Assembly (NCBI GenBank): GCA_047602905.1
Contig: JBLKOP010000005.1
Span: 1,241-65,240, forward strand
Length of the DNA stretch: 64,000 bases
Direction of reading: 5' to 3'
From: Candidatus Woesearchaeota archaeon
Lineage (GTDB): Archaea > Nanobdellota > Nanobdellia > Woesearchaeales > SKIA01
The position numbers and the translations under genes are program-made. Shown in pieces: positions 8,951 to 20,400 of this stretch (its first letter is position 1; every line of letters begins with the position of its first letter). The notes under the pieces were generated by a model. The model did not search any database. It was not told where the DNA came from and was given only the letters and a program-made list of their open reading frames with translations.

Positions 8951-9925
8951 TTATGTAGTTTTTGGTTTAGTGATTTTGCACACGAAGAATCCTTCTGTGT
9001 CGTTTGTGTAGGGGTGTATGCGCAAGCACTTGCGTACTTCTGGACTCAGTTCTTCTCCTGTTTCTGGGTGTGTAAGAAATACTTCTTCTCGGTTAATATC
9101 TAGTTCTATATCTTCTAGTATTGCTTCTGGGTTGTTTTTGAGAAATTCGTTAATGACTACTTCGTTTTCTAGTGGTTCTACCGTGCAAGTACTGTAAGTT
9201 AATGCTCCTCCAGGTTCTAATGCGCTATAACCTGCTCGTAGCAGTTGTTGTTGTAAGCGACTAAATCCTTGTACTTGTTTTGGGTTGTACATGCTTAGTG
9301 CTTTTAGGCTTCTTCGTATCGTTCCTGTTCCGCTGCATGGAGCGTCGATGAGTACTTTGTCAAACGGATATTTTTTGAAGCTGCGACCGTCTTTTTTTGT
9401 TATAAGCGTGTTTATTACTCCTAGTCGTTGCGTGTTTATTCCTAGTGCTGCTAGTCTTGGTGCGTCTGCGTCGTTGGCAATAATTACTCCTGTGTTTTTC
9501 ATGATCGCCGCTAGTTGTGTTGTTTTACTTCCTGGACTCGCGCACATATCAAGTACTCGTTCTCCTGGTTGTGGTTGGAGAATGATTGGTGGTAGCATGC
9601 TCGCTGGGTCTTGGATGTATATTTCTCCTCGTTGGTGTGCTAATAAATTTCCTATGTCTAGTCGTTCTCCGCTTATCCAGAATGCTTCTTTGCACCACGG
9701 TACGGGGGTGAGTTTCCAGCCGTTACTTTCGAGTTCTTCTTGTACTTCTTGCACGTCTGCTTTTAGGGTGTTTACTCGTATTGCTCGTCGTAAATACGTG
9801 GCGTTACAGGCCATGAATTCTTCGTACGCATCTTTTAGTAGTGTTTGGTAGTGTTTCTTGAAGGTTTCTTTTACAATAATTTCTTGTGTTTGCTTCTCGC
9901 GCTCTCTCCAGCTCATATTCTGCAA
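8951..9925 (-). CDS. NOL1/NOP2/Sun-family RNA cytosine-C5 methyltransferase
   Basis: SAM motif VLDMCASPGSKTT, catalytic DKVLIDAPCSGTGTIRR and GGALTYSTCT. Confidence 0.85.
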   Translation of the reverse strand: MQNMSWREREKQTQEIIVKETFKKHYQTLLKDAYEEFMACNATYLRRAIRVNTLKADVQEVQEELESNGWKLTPVPWCKEAFWISGERLDIGNLLAHQRGEIYIQDPASMLPPIILQPQPGERVLDMCASPGSKTTQLAAIMKNTGVIIANDADAPRLAALGINTQRLGVINTLITKKDGRSFKKYPFDKVLIDAPCSGTGTIRRSLKALSMYNPKQVQGFSRLQQQLLRAGYSALEPGGALTYSTCTVEPLENEVVINEFLKNNPEAILEDIELDINREEVFLTHPETGEELSPEVRKCLRIHPYTNDTEGFFVCKITKPKTT

Positions 9926-10027
9926 GAAAAGAACGTTTATTTATAAAGGGCGAGTTTTTCGTTTTTCGCGAAACCTTTAAATAGTTATCAATAGAAAATT
10001 ATTGTAGTTCACCACAGGTAGAAACAC

Positions 10028-10930
10028 ATGAACAACAAAGGAATCATGGGTATTGGTACCCTCATCATTTTCATCGCAACTATTCTTGTCGCTGCTGTCG
10101 CTGCTGGAGTAATTATTTCTACAAGCGGAGTTCTTCAGCAACAGTCTCTTCTTATTGCTGATCAAAGCCAGCAACGCCTCGTAAACGGTATACAAATCAC
10201 TCATGTGTTTATGGAGGGTGATTTAGCGCAAAAAACTGCTAATAATATTGAGATTCTTGCTCGTCCCGAGCCTGCTAGTGGACCAATTAATTTTAAGACG
10301 ACGAGTTTGTCGTTCTTCACAAATACTGCTGCGTATTCCGCGACGCTTTCGCACCCAGAGACTATTCAGCTTGAGTTTACTCCTAGTGTTCCTATTACTA
10401 CTGATTTCGTTGCGTTTGGCGATATTGATGGGGATGGGGTCTCTGATGAGATTCGTCTCGTCACAGGAGCGGGTAATGACTTCTTAGAAGTTAATGTGAG
10501 TTCTTTAGGGGTTTCTGAGCTTCTCCCGCTAGGATATGACACCTCAACTACGGGTATGAATGTTACTCGTGAGGATATTCCTATTCGTGTAAACGGCACA
10601 GTTGCTGGGTATATTCACTTATCTGGCGTTCAGGGTACTTCTGGTCAAATCGCTGCTGGTACGCTTACCGTTACTGATGAGATTCGTGGTGAGTGTACGT
10701 TTGCTAAGCTTCGTCCGGATACACGGTATTGTGTTGTTACGATGACAGGTGTTGATGATGCGTACTTGGAGTATGGCGAGACGGTCTTTATGTACTTTAA
10801 GCTTAGTCAATCTCTTAGTGAGAATGAGGAGTATGAGGTAAAGATTTTCTCTCAGGATGGTCGTAGCACGTTTGTTCTTAATCGCGTTCCTGGTGTTATT
10901 TACAAGACTCGTATGAGTGTTTTCCCGTAG
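10028..10930 (+). CDS. archaellin/type IV pilin-like protein with class III signal peptide
   Basis: MNNKG|IMGIGTLIIFIATILVAAVAAGVIISTSGVLQQQ matches the archaeal flagellin N-terminus with a prepilin peptidase site after KG. The body carries a GDIDGDGVSDE Ca-loop-like motif. A TATA-like TTTAAATA lies 45-52 nt upstream. Confidence 0.75.
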   Translation: MNNKGIMGIGTLIIFIATILVAAVAAGVIISTSGVLQQQSLLIADQSQQRLVNGIQITHVFMEGDLAQKTANNIEILARPEPASGPINFKTTSLSFFTNTAAYSATLSHPETIQLEFTPSVPITTDFVAFGDIDGDGVSDEIRLVTGAGNDFLEVNVSSLGVSELLPLGYDTSTTGMNVTREDIPIRVNGTVAGYIHLSGVQGTSGQIAAGTLTVTDEIRGECTFAKLRPDTRYCVVTMTGVDDAYLEYGETVFMYFKLSQSLSENEEYEVKIFSQDGRSTFVLNRVPGVIYKTRMSVFP

Positions 10931-11001
10931 TCGTAGCAGCATAGACTTATATACTCTTTCGCTTATTTTTACTTTACAGAAACTGGGGAGTTTCGTAGAG
11001 A

Positions 11002-11499
11002 GTGATAGAGTACCTAGAAATAGACGAAATACAGCAACTCAAAGCACTCACGAAAGAACAACGAGACGCCCTACTCATAGCTACGCAGTACGAGACAGGA
11101 TGCACCGTTTCTGAACTCATTAATATCCGTCGAGAAGACCTGCGAGAACGCCACATACACGTAGAAGACCGTCTCTGTAGAGTATCAACTACGCTTCTTG
11201 AACAATTATCTCTCTACGTAAAAACCCATGAATCCCCCTACGTGTTTCCTAGCCGACAACAAGACCGCTTAACACAAAAACGAGTACAACAAATTATTCG
11301 TAAACGACTACGAGCACTCAACAAAGACCTAGACAAAACCAGTCCTCACCTTCTGCGCTACTCCCACATAGTCCACGCAGTACAACAAAACATCCCTCTT
11401 CAAGCAATCATGCAACAAACAGGCCTAAAAGAGATGCGCCTATCACAAATAATCAGCCAGATACAAACAAGCACTGGCTATGAGGAGATGTTTACATGA
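11002..11499 (+). CDS. small tyrosine-recombinase-fold protein (catalytic-domain-like, degenerate active site)
   Basis: ETGCTVSELINIRREDL aligns to box I (A/E)TG(x)R(x)SEL, with the catalytic Arg replaced by Thr. HLLRYSHIVHAV aligns to HxLRH box II. No clear C-terminal catalytic Tyr context. Only 165 aa, GTG start, and its TGA overlaps the giant-gene ATG. Confidence 0.5.
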   Translation: MIEYLEIDEIQQLKALTKEQRDALLIATQYETGCTVSELINIRREDLRERHIHVEDRLCRVSTTLLEQLSLYVKTHESPYVFPSRQQDRLTQKRVQQIIRKRLRALNKDLDKTSPHLLRYSHIVHAVQQNIPLQAIMQQTGLKEMRLSQIISQIQTSTGYEEMFT

Positions 11500-14400
11500 A
11501 ACGACTCCTTCTACTCCTCTTAGTATTTACTCTTCTCCCAGCAGCTCTTGGAGTATCAGGAGCAGAAGTATTCATCCAAGCACCAACAACCGCTCTTCCA
11601 GGAGAAACAGTAGCTGTAAGTATAGAAGCACAAATACAAGGAGTGCGAGTAATTAGTTTTCCTCTTGAAGTAACGCTCATATACCCTGACCAAACAACAA
11701 CAACTCTTCCTATACAGCCTGACGGGCAAGGGTTGCTTACAACCACTGCGTACACGCCTTTACAAGGAGTGTATGAGTTACGAGCACAAGCAAGCTTTGC
11801 AGACACACAAGTACAAGCAACGCATGAGATACGCGTACAACCACCACCTCTACAAGCAAATATCACACGAAGTAACGACACGTTTTTCTTTAACGCAACA
11901 GAAGAATACACTTTCAACATATACCCTCTTCTTCTTCAAGCAGGACCAATAACCCAGCAAGAACCCGTCTGTACTGTTACGTGCACCTCTTGTGAGCTTG
12001 TATGCGCAGTCAACAACGCGTTTATAACAGCGCAAGGACAGTACCGATACACACAAATCCTTGCCCCAACAAGCACACAAATCCTTACCACAGGACAAAG
12101 CATAGACACACAAGAACTGTTCTTGCTACGAGAAGAAGCACTCATAGCACTCCCTAGCAAGACCTCGTTTGTCCAAGACCAAACCCTCATCACCCCAGAA
12201 GGAGTACTAGAGATACGCGTTCTTGACGAAGAAGAACTCTCTACACTGCCTGAAGCGTACAGCATCCTAGACGGGCAGTGGTATGTGCGAAGCACACAAC
12301 CACTAACTGCTCTTAACCACACAATACTTGCTGCTTGGAGCTTACAAGGAGAGCTTCTTGAGCACACAACAAACACGTTGCAAACAAGCACTGGTTTTGA
12401 AGCACGCATCCAAAGAACAGGCAGCGCGCAACTACCTGTAGTTACTCATACAGAGCACGGAGTACTCGTAAATAACCTCACCCAACTCTTACGCCTACCA
12501 GCAACAGCCACTCCTATAAGTCTTTCTCAAGAACCAGAACTTCTTGTTTCTCGTGACGAGCAAGGACACCTTGTCTACTACGCACAAGAAGACCACGTAC
12601 TCATACCAGCAAATCTTACAAACAATACCGTGCTGTACGCACGCACGTTTGAGCCAATTAAGCTACCAGTAACTAATGCTTCAAAAACAACAATTCTTAA
12701 TGAAGAATTAGAAGTTGTTCTCGCTCAAGAAGGCACTCTAACTCAATGGACTCCTCGCGTACAACCAGGAAGGTACTTTGTTCTTGCTCAACAAGAACAA
12801 CCCGCTGTACAGGTAGTGGATGTGCTTCCAGCAGGAGAACTCATTACTTCACCAAACAACAATACCTACGCCGCGCAGCCAAACACGCAACTCGTTATTA
12901 AGCGAGAAGTCCGCAACACAGACACGCAACCAAGAACCATTAACGTACAACTCACCGGGGATTCTCGAGCAGTTCTGTACGCAAACAACAAGCAACTTAC
13001 CGACACGAACCTAAATGGAGTTCTTGACACAGGAATTCTTCGTCCAGGAGAAGCAATTACTCTCTCAGCACACGTGTTCATCGCTGCACAGCAACAAGAC
13101 CAAACACTCAAGTGGACTTTCTCAACGCCACAAGCAAGCATTACTCGCTCAGATGAGATACGCATAGCCTCGGAGAGCTCATTCATACAAGTGGATGACG
13201 TGGAAGTAGCGCAAATAACTGCTTCGCAAGCAAGTATTGAGGTAGTTATTAACAACTATGACGTGCAAGAGCGTGTTGAGACGATACGACTAACCTACCA
13301 AACACGAGAAGGAGAGGACGCTGAGCAGTTTAGTGTTGCTTTACCTGCTGGTAGCAGCACGCACACCTTCACAACTCCTCCTAACACGTACCAAGTACGT
13401 GCAGAGCTTCTCGTAACAGACCAAAACCCTAGTAACGATTACCGCTTACTTCGCTTTAATGAAGAAAGCGGCTTGCTTGTTCACGTTAACGAATACCAGA
13501 ACCGCGCTCACGAAGCATTCACTGTTAAAGTACAAGCACCTCTAGGAGCGTACCAAGCATTCATACCCGCTAGTAACGGATCGTTACTGCAAGTCCCTAC
13601 AGCCACTCTTTCTCAGCAAGCAAGAACACAAGACCTCCTAGTGCAGCTTCCTCTTGAAAAAAACACTGATGTACAACTCGTACTCATACCAGGAGAAGAG
13701 CGCACGTTTAATCCGTACCTCATCCTTGATAATCGTGACGCAACGACAAAAGGAAGCTGGTTTAGTGCTAGTCAAGTACCAGGGTTTTATGGTCCAGACT
13801 ACCTAAACGACTTAAATGAGCGTAAAGGAGACAAAGAAGTAGTGTACTCTCCTGTAAGCACTGCTCGTTACGAAGTAGAGATACATCATCCAGGTGATAG
13901 TAGCTTTGCGAGTAACACACGAGTACTTCTTGGAGAAGACACCGTTCTTGTTAACCAAAAAGTTCCTTCTTCTTGGCGCTACCTTGGCCGCTACGAACTA
14001 GGAGTAGACAACCCTATTATCATAACCAACGCAGCAAGTAATGGTGTAGTGGTTGCTGACGCGTTTAGGCTTGTGCGCGTTGATCAATACGCAACAATAG
14101 CTCAAGAAAGTATTGTAACAACTGCTCGTAGAGGAATCATTTTTGATAGTCGAGGACGAGAAGTAGCTGCTCAAGTAAGTCTGCGAGAAGACGGTAGAGA
14201 CGTGCGTGCAGGGCTTCTTCCTCGCCAAGCACAAGCAAATAATCGCAATTACGAAATACTCTTTGAGTTCGAGGATGAAGCAGTAGATAACCTGCGCGTT
14301 CATAACGCAAATCCTTCAGCGATGGGTCTTGGTCTTGAGCGAGTTCCTGTTGCTAGAGCGCAACAATTCACTGCTAGAAGCGTCGTTGATAGTTTCGCAA

Positions 14401-17400
14401 TTGACCCGCAGTTTGAGAGTGACTATTCCTTTACAAGAACAGCAACTGGTCGTGAACTGCTCAAATGTACTGATTACGACTTCACAAACCAAGAGTGTCT
14501 AGGAAGTTTTGAGCACGTAATGTTCTTAACGCCAGGAGAAAAATACACCGCTACTCTTGATCCGCTAGACCCGCTTTTTGTTGAAGTAAACGATTTAACA
14601 ATCCCTCCGGTAAGCGCTGTTTGTAGCGATGATGATCCTGCGAACTGGGATCCTTCTGTGTGTCAAGGAACCTACACTAACAACCCAACTTGTGGTTCTA
14701 GTGGTGCTCGTATTCTTTGTGATGACGGAGTTGTTGAGTCACTCTCAGGTGGAAGACCAGACGTTTTAGGTGTTGATGCTCGCTACGCTGACGTAACTGT
14801 TGATCCTTCAGAGCAATGCGATAACATCTTGAGTGTTTCTCTTGAGTACCGTTGGAGCAGCCCTACTGGTAACGTAAATAATCGGCGAGTAGAAATAAGT
14901 ACTGAAGATAACCCTACGTGGACAAACCCTACTGGTTGCTCAACAAATTTCGGGCTTCAATCCTGTGACATAACAAGCTATCAGTCTTGGTCGTGCGAGG
15001 ATTTCTTTGGAGAAAACACGCAAACAAGAGCTCGCGCTTATGGATGGAGAAGCACAGGTCCAGGAAGTCACCCTACCACCGTTAACGTTGATTACCTTGT
15101 TTTCGTTGTTGATTACGAGTTTGAAGTACAGCCTTTCACCTCTGATTTCTCCTCCTATAGACAAGGAGCGTTTGCTACGTTTACTGGTGCTAATGTTTGG
15201 GGAGCAAACGAGGATGTGCGCATAAATGTTACGCGTGAAGGATCACTTATTAATCAGCTAGACGTACTTACTGACGCAGAAGGAGAGTTTAGTGTACAGT
15301 ACGAGATTGATAGCTACGCAAACACTGGTTCTTGGAGAGCGGTTGTTTGGCAACTCTCAAATAATAGTATCGTTTACGACCGTAACTTTACTGTTACTCT
15401 AAGAAACCCCTCTGTTGCTCCTGCAAGAACAGGAGGGTATTATAATCGTTCCGAAACAGCTACGTTTATTGGTTCTCAGTGGGCAAACAACGCAACAGTT
15501 CTTGTTACAGCAACTGATCCAGAAAGTAACGAGTTTGTTCTTGACGAAATAAACACCACCACTTCTTCTACTGGACAAATCAGTTATAACTGGTCTGTTC
15601 CTGCTGACCTTAGCTTACTTACTGGTCCTTACACGTTTACGTTTGTTGAAGAAGACAATTCTTCTTTTACTCGACAAACACAAGCACAGATAGTTATTCT
15701 TCCTACTTCTGCTACTCGTTGGGACTCCGTTGACTTGCTTAGCGAAATCTATGCTCTTGACGGAACAGAAGCGGGTGTTACGTACACTGGAAACACTGAT
15801 GGGCGGTTTCTTAACTTAACGTTTCCTGAAACGTTTCCTGAAGACATAGAACTCAACCGTTTTGACTTCGTCTTCTTTTATCGTGAAAGCTCAGGAGCTA
15901 CAGGCCATCACATTCAGTGGTGGGATGGTGCTTCTTGGAGTACTATTTGTACTCCTCCAACAAGCACTTCTCAAACAAATTATACGTGCAGCTTGCTTGG
16001 AGAAGTAGCTAGTGATCCTTCTTTAGCAAACAACGTACAAATTCGTCTTACTGATAACGACGCAACAAGTGGAGGAGCAGGAACTGTTCACACGTACTAC
16101 GTTGACATAGCGTTTTTAGATGTTAACTTCACGTTTCCTCGACCACTAGTTGATTTGCTTTCTCCTGCGAACAACTCTTGGTTTAACTCTACTCAGCACG
16201 AACTCTTTTTTAACGCTTCTAATGAGATGTTTGATATTAGTGAGTGTCGTCTCTATGTTAACGAAGCTCTTGAGTACACAAACGATTCGTTTACTAACCC
16301 AGGAACTGATAGCTATACGCACACCTTCTCTGAAGGAGTGAATACGTGGCGCGCTGAGTGTACAGATGATTCTGCAAGACAACTCGTAGGTGAGTCTGAA
16401 ACAAGAGATATCATCATTGACTTAACGCCTCCCTCAACAACTATTAGCACTCCCACGAATAATTCTTGGTTTAACACTAGCACTCCTAGTATTAATTTCA
16501 CGCTCACTGATAACTTAGCTAACCCAGTTAATTGGAGCGTGTACGTAAATAACTCCCTTGATAACTCAGGTGTAGCTACCAACAACACCGCTTTTACTCA
16601 TACACTTAGTTCTCTTGCTGATGGGTACTACGAAGTTGTTGTTGAGGCTTGGGATCCTGCGTTTAACTACGCAGTAAATGAGTCAATTAACTTGTACGTG
16701 GATACTACTGCTCCCGTTGTTACCTTAAACGACCCTGTTGATACGTTTAATACTTCTTCTACGAGCGTGGAGTTTTCTTGGACGCCAACAGATAACCTCG
16801 CACCAACCCTAAGTTGTGATTTGTTTGTTGATGACGTCTCACAAGGAACGTTTGCAACCCAAAACGGTGTTCAGAACCAAACAACGATTCCTGGTTTTAG
16901 TGACGGAGTCTATAACTGGAGTGTTCTTTGCACAGACATAGCAGGTAACAGCGCTCTTAGTGAAGTTCGCGAATTCACAGTAGACACCACTCCTCCTGTA
17001 GTGCTCTTAGAAGCTCCTCTTAACGAGACGGTCTTTGAGGATACAAGAAACATCCAGCTAGACTACAACGTAACAGACAACTTACTTCCTGTTACTGAGT
17101 GCCGCCTATACATAGATGATGAACTTAACCAAACAAACACTACGATAACGCAGTCAGTTACGCAAAGCTTCTTCTTAACAAACCTTGACCTTGGCGTGTA
17201 CGCGTGGAATGTTGAGTGCGTAGACTTAGTAGGTAACGCAGATAATAGTTCTCAGCAAGAGTTCGAAATCAACCTTACTATGTTTAGTACCTCTCCAGCT
17301 AATGGTTTTGTTGTTGATAGAGATGGCGGAGGAGCTGCTCCTGAATCAATAACGTTTGTAGCTAACGCGAGTGATGAAGAAGCAGGTACCCTTGTTTCTT

Positions 17401-20400
17401 TCTATGCTAGCTTGCTTGAACCAGTCGTTGCTGGCCAAGAAAACCTTCTTTTAGGAACGAACACAACTACTAGTAGCGGGGTTGCTGAGTTCACGTTCAC
17501 ACCAGATAATTCTTACTTTGCAGGAAATTATTCTTGGTTTGCTGCTGCTAATCGCTACTACAACGACACCTCTAATGACTTCATTATTTTAGGAACGCCA
17601 ACTATCTCGTATCAAGACGTGCTTTTTGATCCTAACAACGAGTACAACACCAGCCAGCTTGTTCGCCTAAACGCGACAGTAACGAGTAGTCCAGAATCCG
17701 CTTCTCAACTACAAACCTTGTATGGGTTGTTTGTTAACGCAACACTCACGCAACCAGATAGCACGCAGCACTACGTACCCCTTACCGGAGCAGGCAACCT
17801 CTCAGGAACCTACGCTCTTGCTAGCGACGCACAAATTGGTTTGTGGAGTGCTTTACTAAATACCTCGGCTAGTTGGATGTACCCAAACACTACTTCTCTT
17901 CTCTCAAGAACGTTTACTGTCAAGGGGTTTGCGCACACAATAAGTCCTCCTAACGGAACAGTTGTTGATCGCGACGCAGCAGGTATGGATCCAGAAACTC
18001 TTTCTTTAGTAGTGCAGATTCCTGGAGCGACTGCTGGAGAAACCATTAATTTCACCGCAGACCTCACAGACCCTGCTTTCTCAGGAGAGCAAGGCCTTCT
18101 TCTTGGCACTAACACCACAAACGCTACTGGTCACGCAACGCTTAGCTTCACTCCAACAAGTAGTTTTTACGCGGGTAACTACACGTGGTACGCGGTTAGT
18201 AACGTAAGTTATGTAGGAAACACATCCACTCTTCTTATTAAAGGAGGAGCTCAGCTTGCGCGAGCAAACGTTTCTGAAGAGCCTGCTAGTGAGTACAACC
18301 AGTCAGATACTGTGCAGCTACGCTTTAATATTACGAGCGTAAAAGAAACTCAAGAAGAGCTAGGAATAAATTATTCTTTAGTAACTAACGCTACTCTTCA
18401 ACCAAACACGTCTAGTACTCCTACGTATATCCCAACGTTATCCTTTGATGGTTCTAGCTGGGTGGGAAGCCAAGCTATCGGCCTTACAGACCCTGTTGGT
18501 GTGTGGAGAGTAGTTGCTAATACGAGTGGATTATTTACGTACCAGAACCAAAGTGTTGAGTACTTCTTTACTGTTTTTGGACTAACAAACCTCACAGTAG
18601 ATACTTTTGGTGCTCGCGTGTATGAGCCAGTTACCTTCACAGCGAACTATTCAGACACACTTAACCAACCAATTAATTACTCTCAAACTCTGTGTGAGAT
18701 TCGCTTTGACATCCTTGGAGGATACACCTCGTATGAGAATATGAGTTATGATTCTTCTTCTGGCCTCTTCTGGTTTAGTAGACGCTTTAATGAGACGTAC
18801 ACCGACGCGGAGTATAACATTGCGTGTAACGACCCTCTCTACGAGTTTCAAAACGTTACTGACACATTTACTATTAACAGAACTTTCGCTGATGTACTTA
18901 CTGTTCCTGGCCAAGTAGTTGATAGAGACGCAGCTGGTATTGACTCAGAAACGCTCTTACTTGAAGCAAGTATTGTTGAAGCTCCAGAAGGAGTAAGTAT
19001 AGAGTTTTACACAAACCTTACTGATCCTGTTCTTGGACAAACAGAGGTGTTCTTAGGAGCTAACACTACTGATGCTTCTGGAGTTGCGGTGTATTTGTGG
19101 AACCCTGACGGTACTATTCGTGCAGGAAACCACACGCTCTACGCGAACGCTACTTACGCGGATACAAGAAACGTTTCTGACGCACAAGTATTTGCTGCTC
19201 TTCAATCCGTGTTCACAAACCCTGTAAGTAATCCTGATGCGAACTACACCCAGAACCAAACAGTAACTTTGCACGCTAACGCAACAACAGTGGGTGTGGA
19301 GACTTCTGATCAGCTAAACACGAGCTATGCTCTTAGCTACACAGCATACTTGACAAGCGTGAACGGTCAGGACAGTTCAGCACTTGCGTTTATTAATCCT
19401 CTCTGGCAAGCAAGCTACACTCTTCTTGACCTTGCTGGTGTTGGTGTGTGGAACGTAAGTATAAACGCTTCAGCAAATTATCACTACCCTGATTCAAGTA
19501 CCAAAAACTTTGACGTCTTTGGGTACATGAACGTTACTCATTCATCAATAACTCCTACTGATCACTTCGTGTATGGTTCAGCAGCGCAGACTTGTGTTGT
19601 TCAGGATCAGCACACAGCAGTGCCTGTTGAGGATGCGCAAGTCTTTTTCTACCGAAACGCTACGTTGCTTGGAAGTAACACGACAAACAGCACTGGTCAT
19701 GCTCAGTTTACTTTCCAAACAAATTCTAGCGGCGTCTTTGATGTGTTGTGTGAAGTTGAGGACCAGCTAGGAATCTATTATTTCGCTGGGCAAGCACCTA
19801 ACAGCACTGATTCCTTAACGGTTCTTCCTTTCCCTATCACGCCGATAAGTCCTGCTAATGACACGCTTGTTGATCGGGATGAGACCAACGTTTCTGTGCC
19901 TAACACTCTTGAGCTTGTTGTTGAGGTTCCTAGTTACGTTCCTGACGGCGTATCTATTAATTTCTATAGTAACCTCACAGACCCTCTTAGTGAATCAGCT
20001 GTCTTGCTTGGAAGTAACACGACTAGTTCAGGAACTGCTCGCCTAAACTACAACCCAGCAACTGCTTCCTATGCAGGGCTTCACGAGTGGTACGCGACAA
20101 ACCCTGACGCTACTGTGAATGGAACACGAACGTATGAGAGTATTATGAGTTCAGAAATCGTCTTTACAAACACAACACAAAACCCTAACCTAAACTATAC
20201 TCAGAACGAATCAGTAACTCTGCAAGCAAACCTTACCAGTCTTGGTCCTGAGACGAGAACAGAATTAGCTACGAATTACTCTTCATTACTTAACTTCACC
20301 CTTACTAATCAGAATGGACAAACCATCAGTGTTGCTTTTTACTTTGATCCTCTCTGGCAATCCTCATACACTCTTCTTGACCTTGCTGGTGTTGGTGTGT

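Noticed and set aside
10931-11001. Inverted repeats marking an invertible segment bounded by the recombinase-like gene
   Set aside because: I compared this spacer by eye with the spacers at 25433-25479 and 26857-26880. They share only short T/C-rich strings (CTCTTTC) and no convincing inverted repeat. A computed search is needed.
11492-12409. Minus-strand ORFs (142 aa and 157 aa, Cys/Ser/Arg-rich) opposite the 5' end of the giant gene
   Set aside because: They are antisense shadows within an uninterrupted 13-kb ORF and carry no motifs. Other ORFs of under 130 aa nested in the giant gene on either strand were rejected for the same reason.
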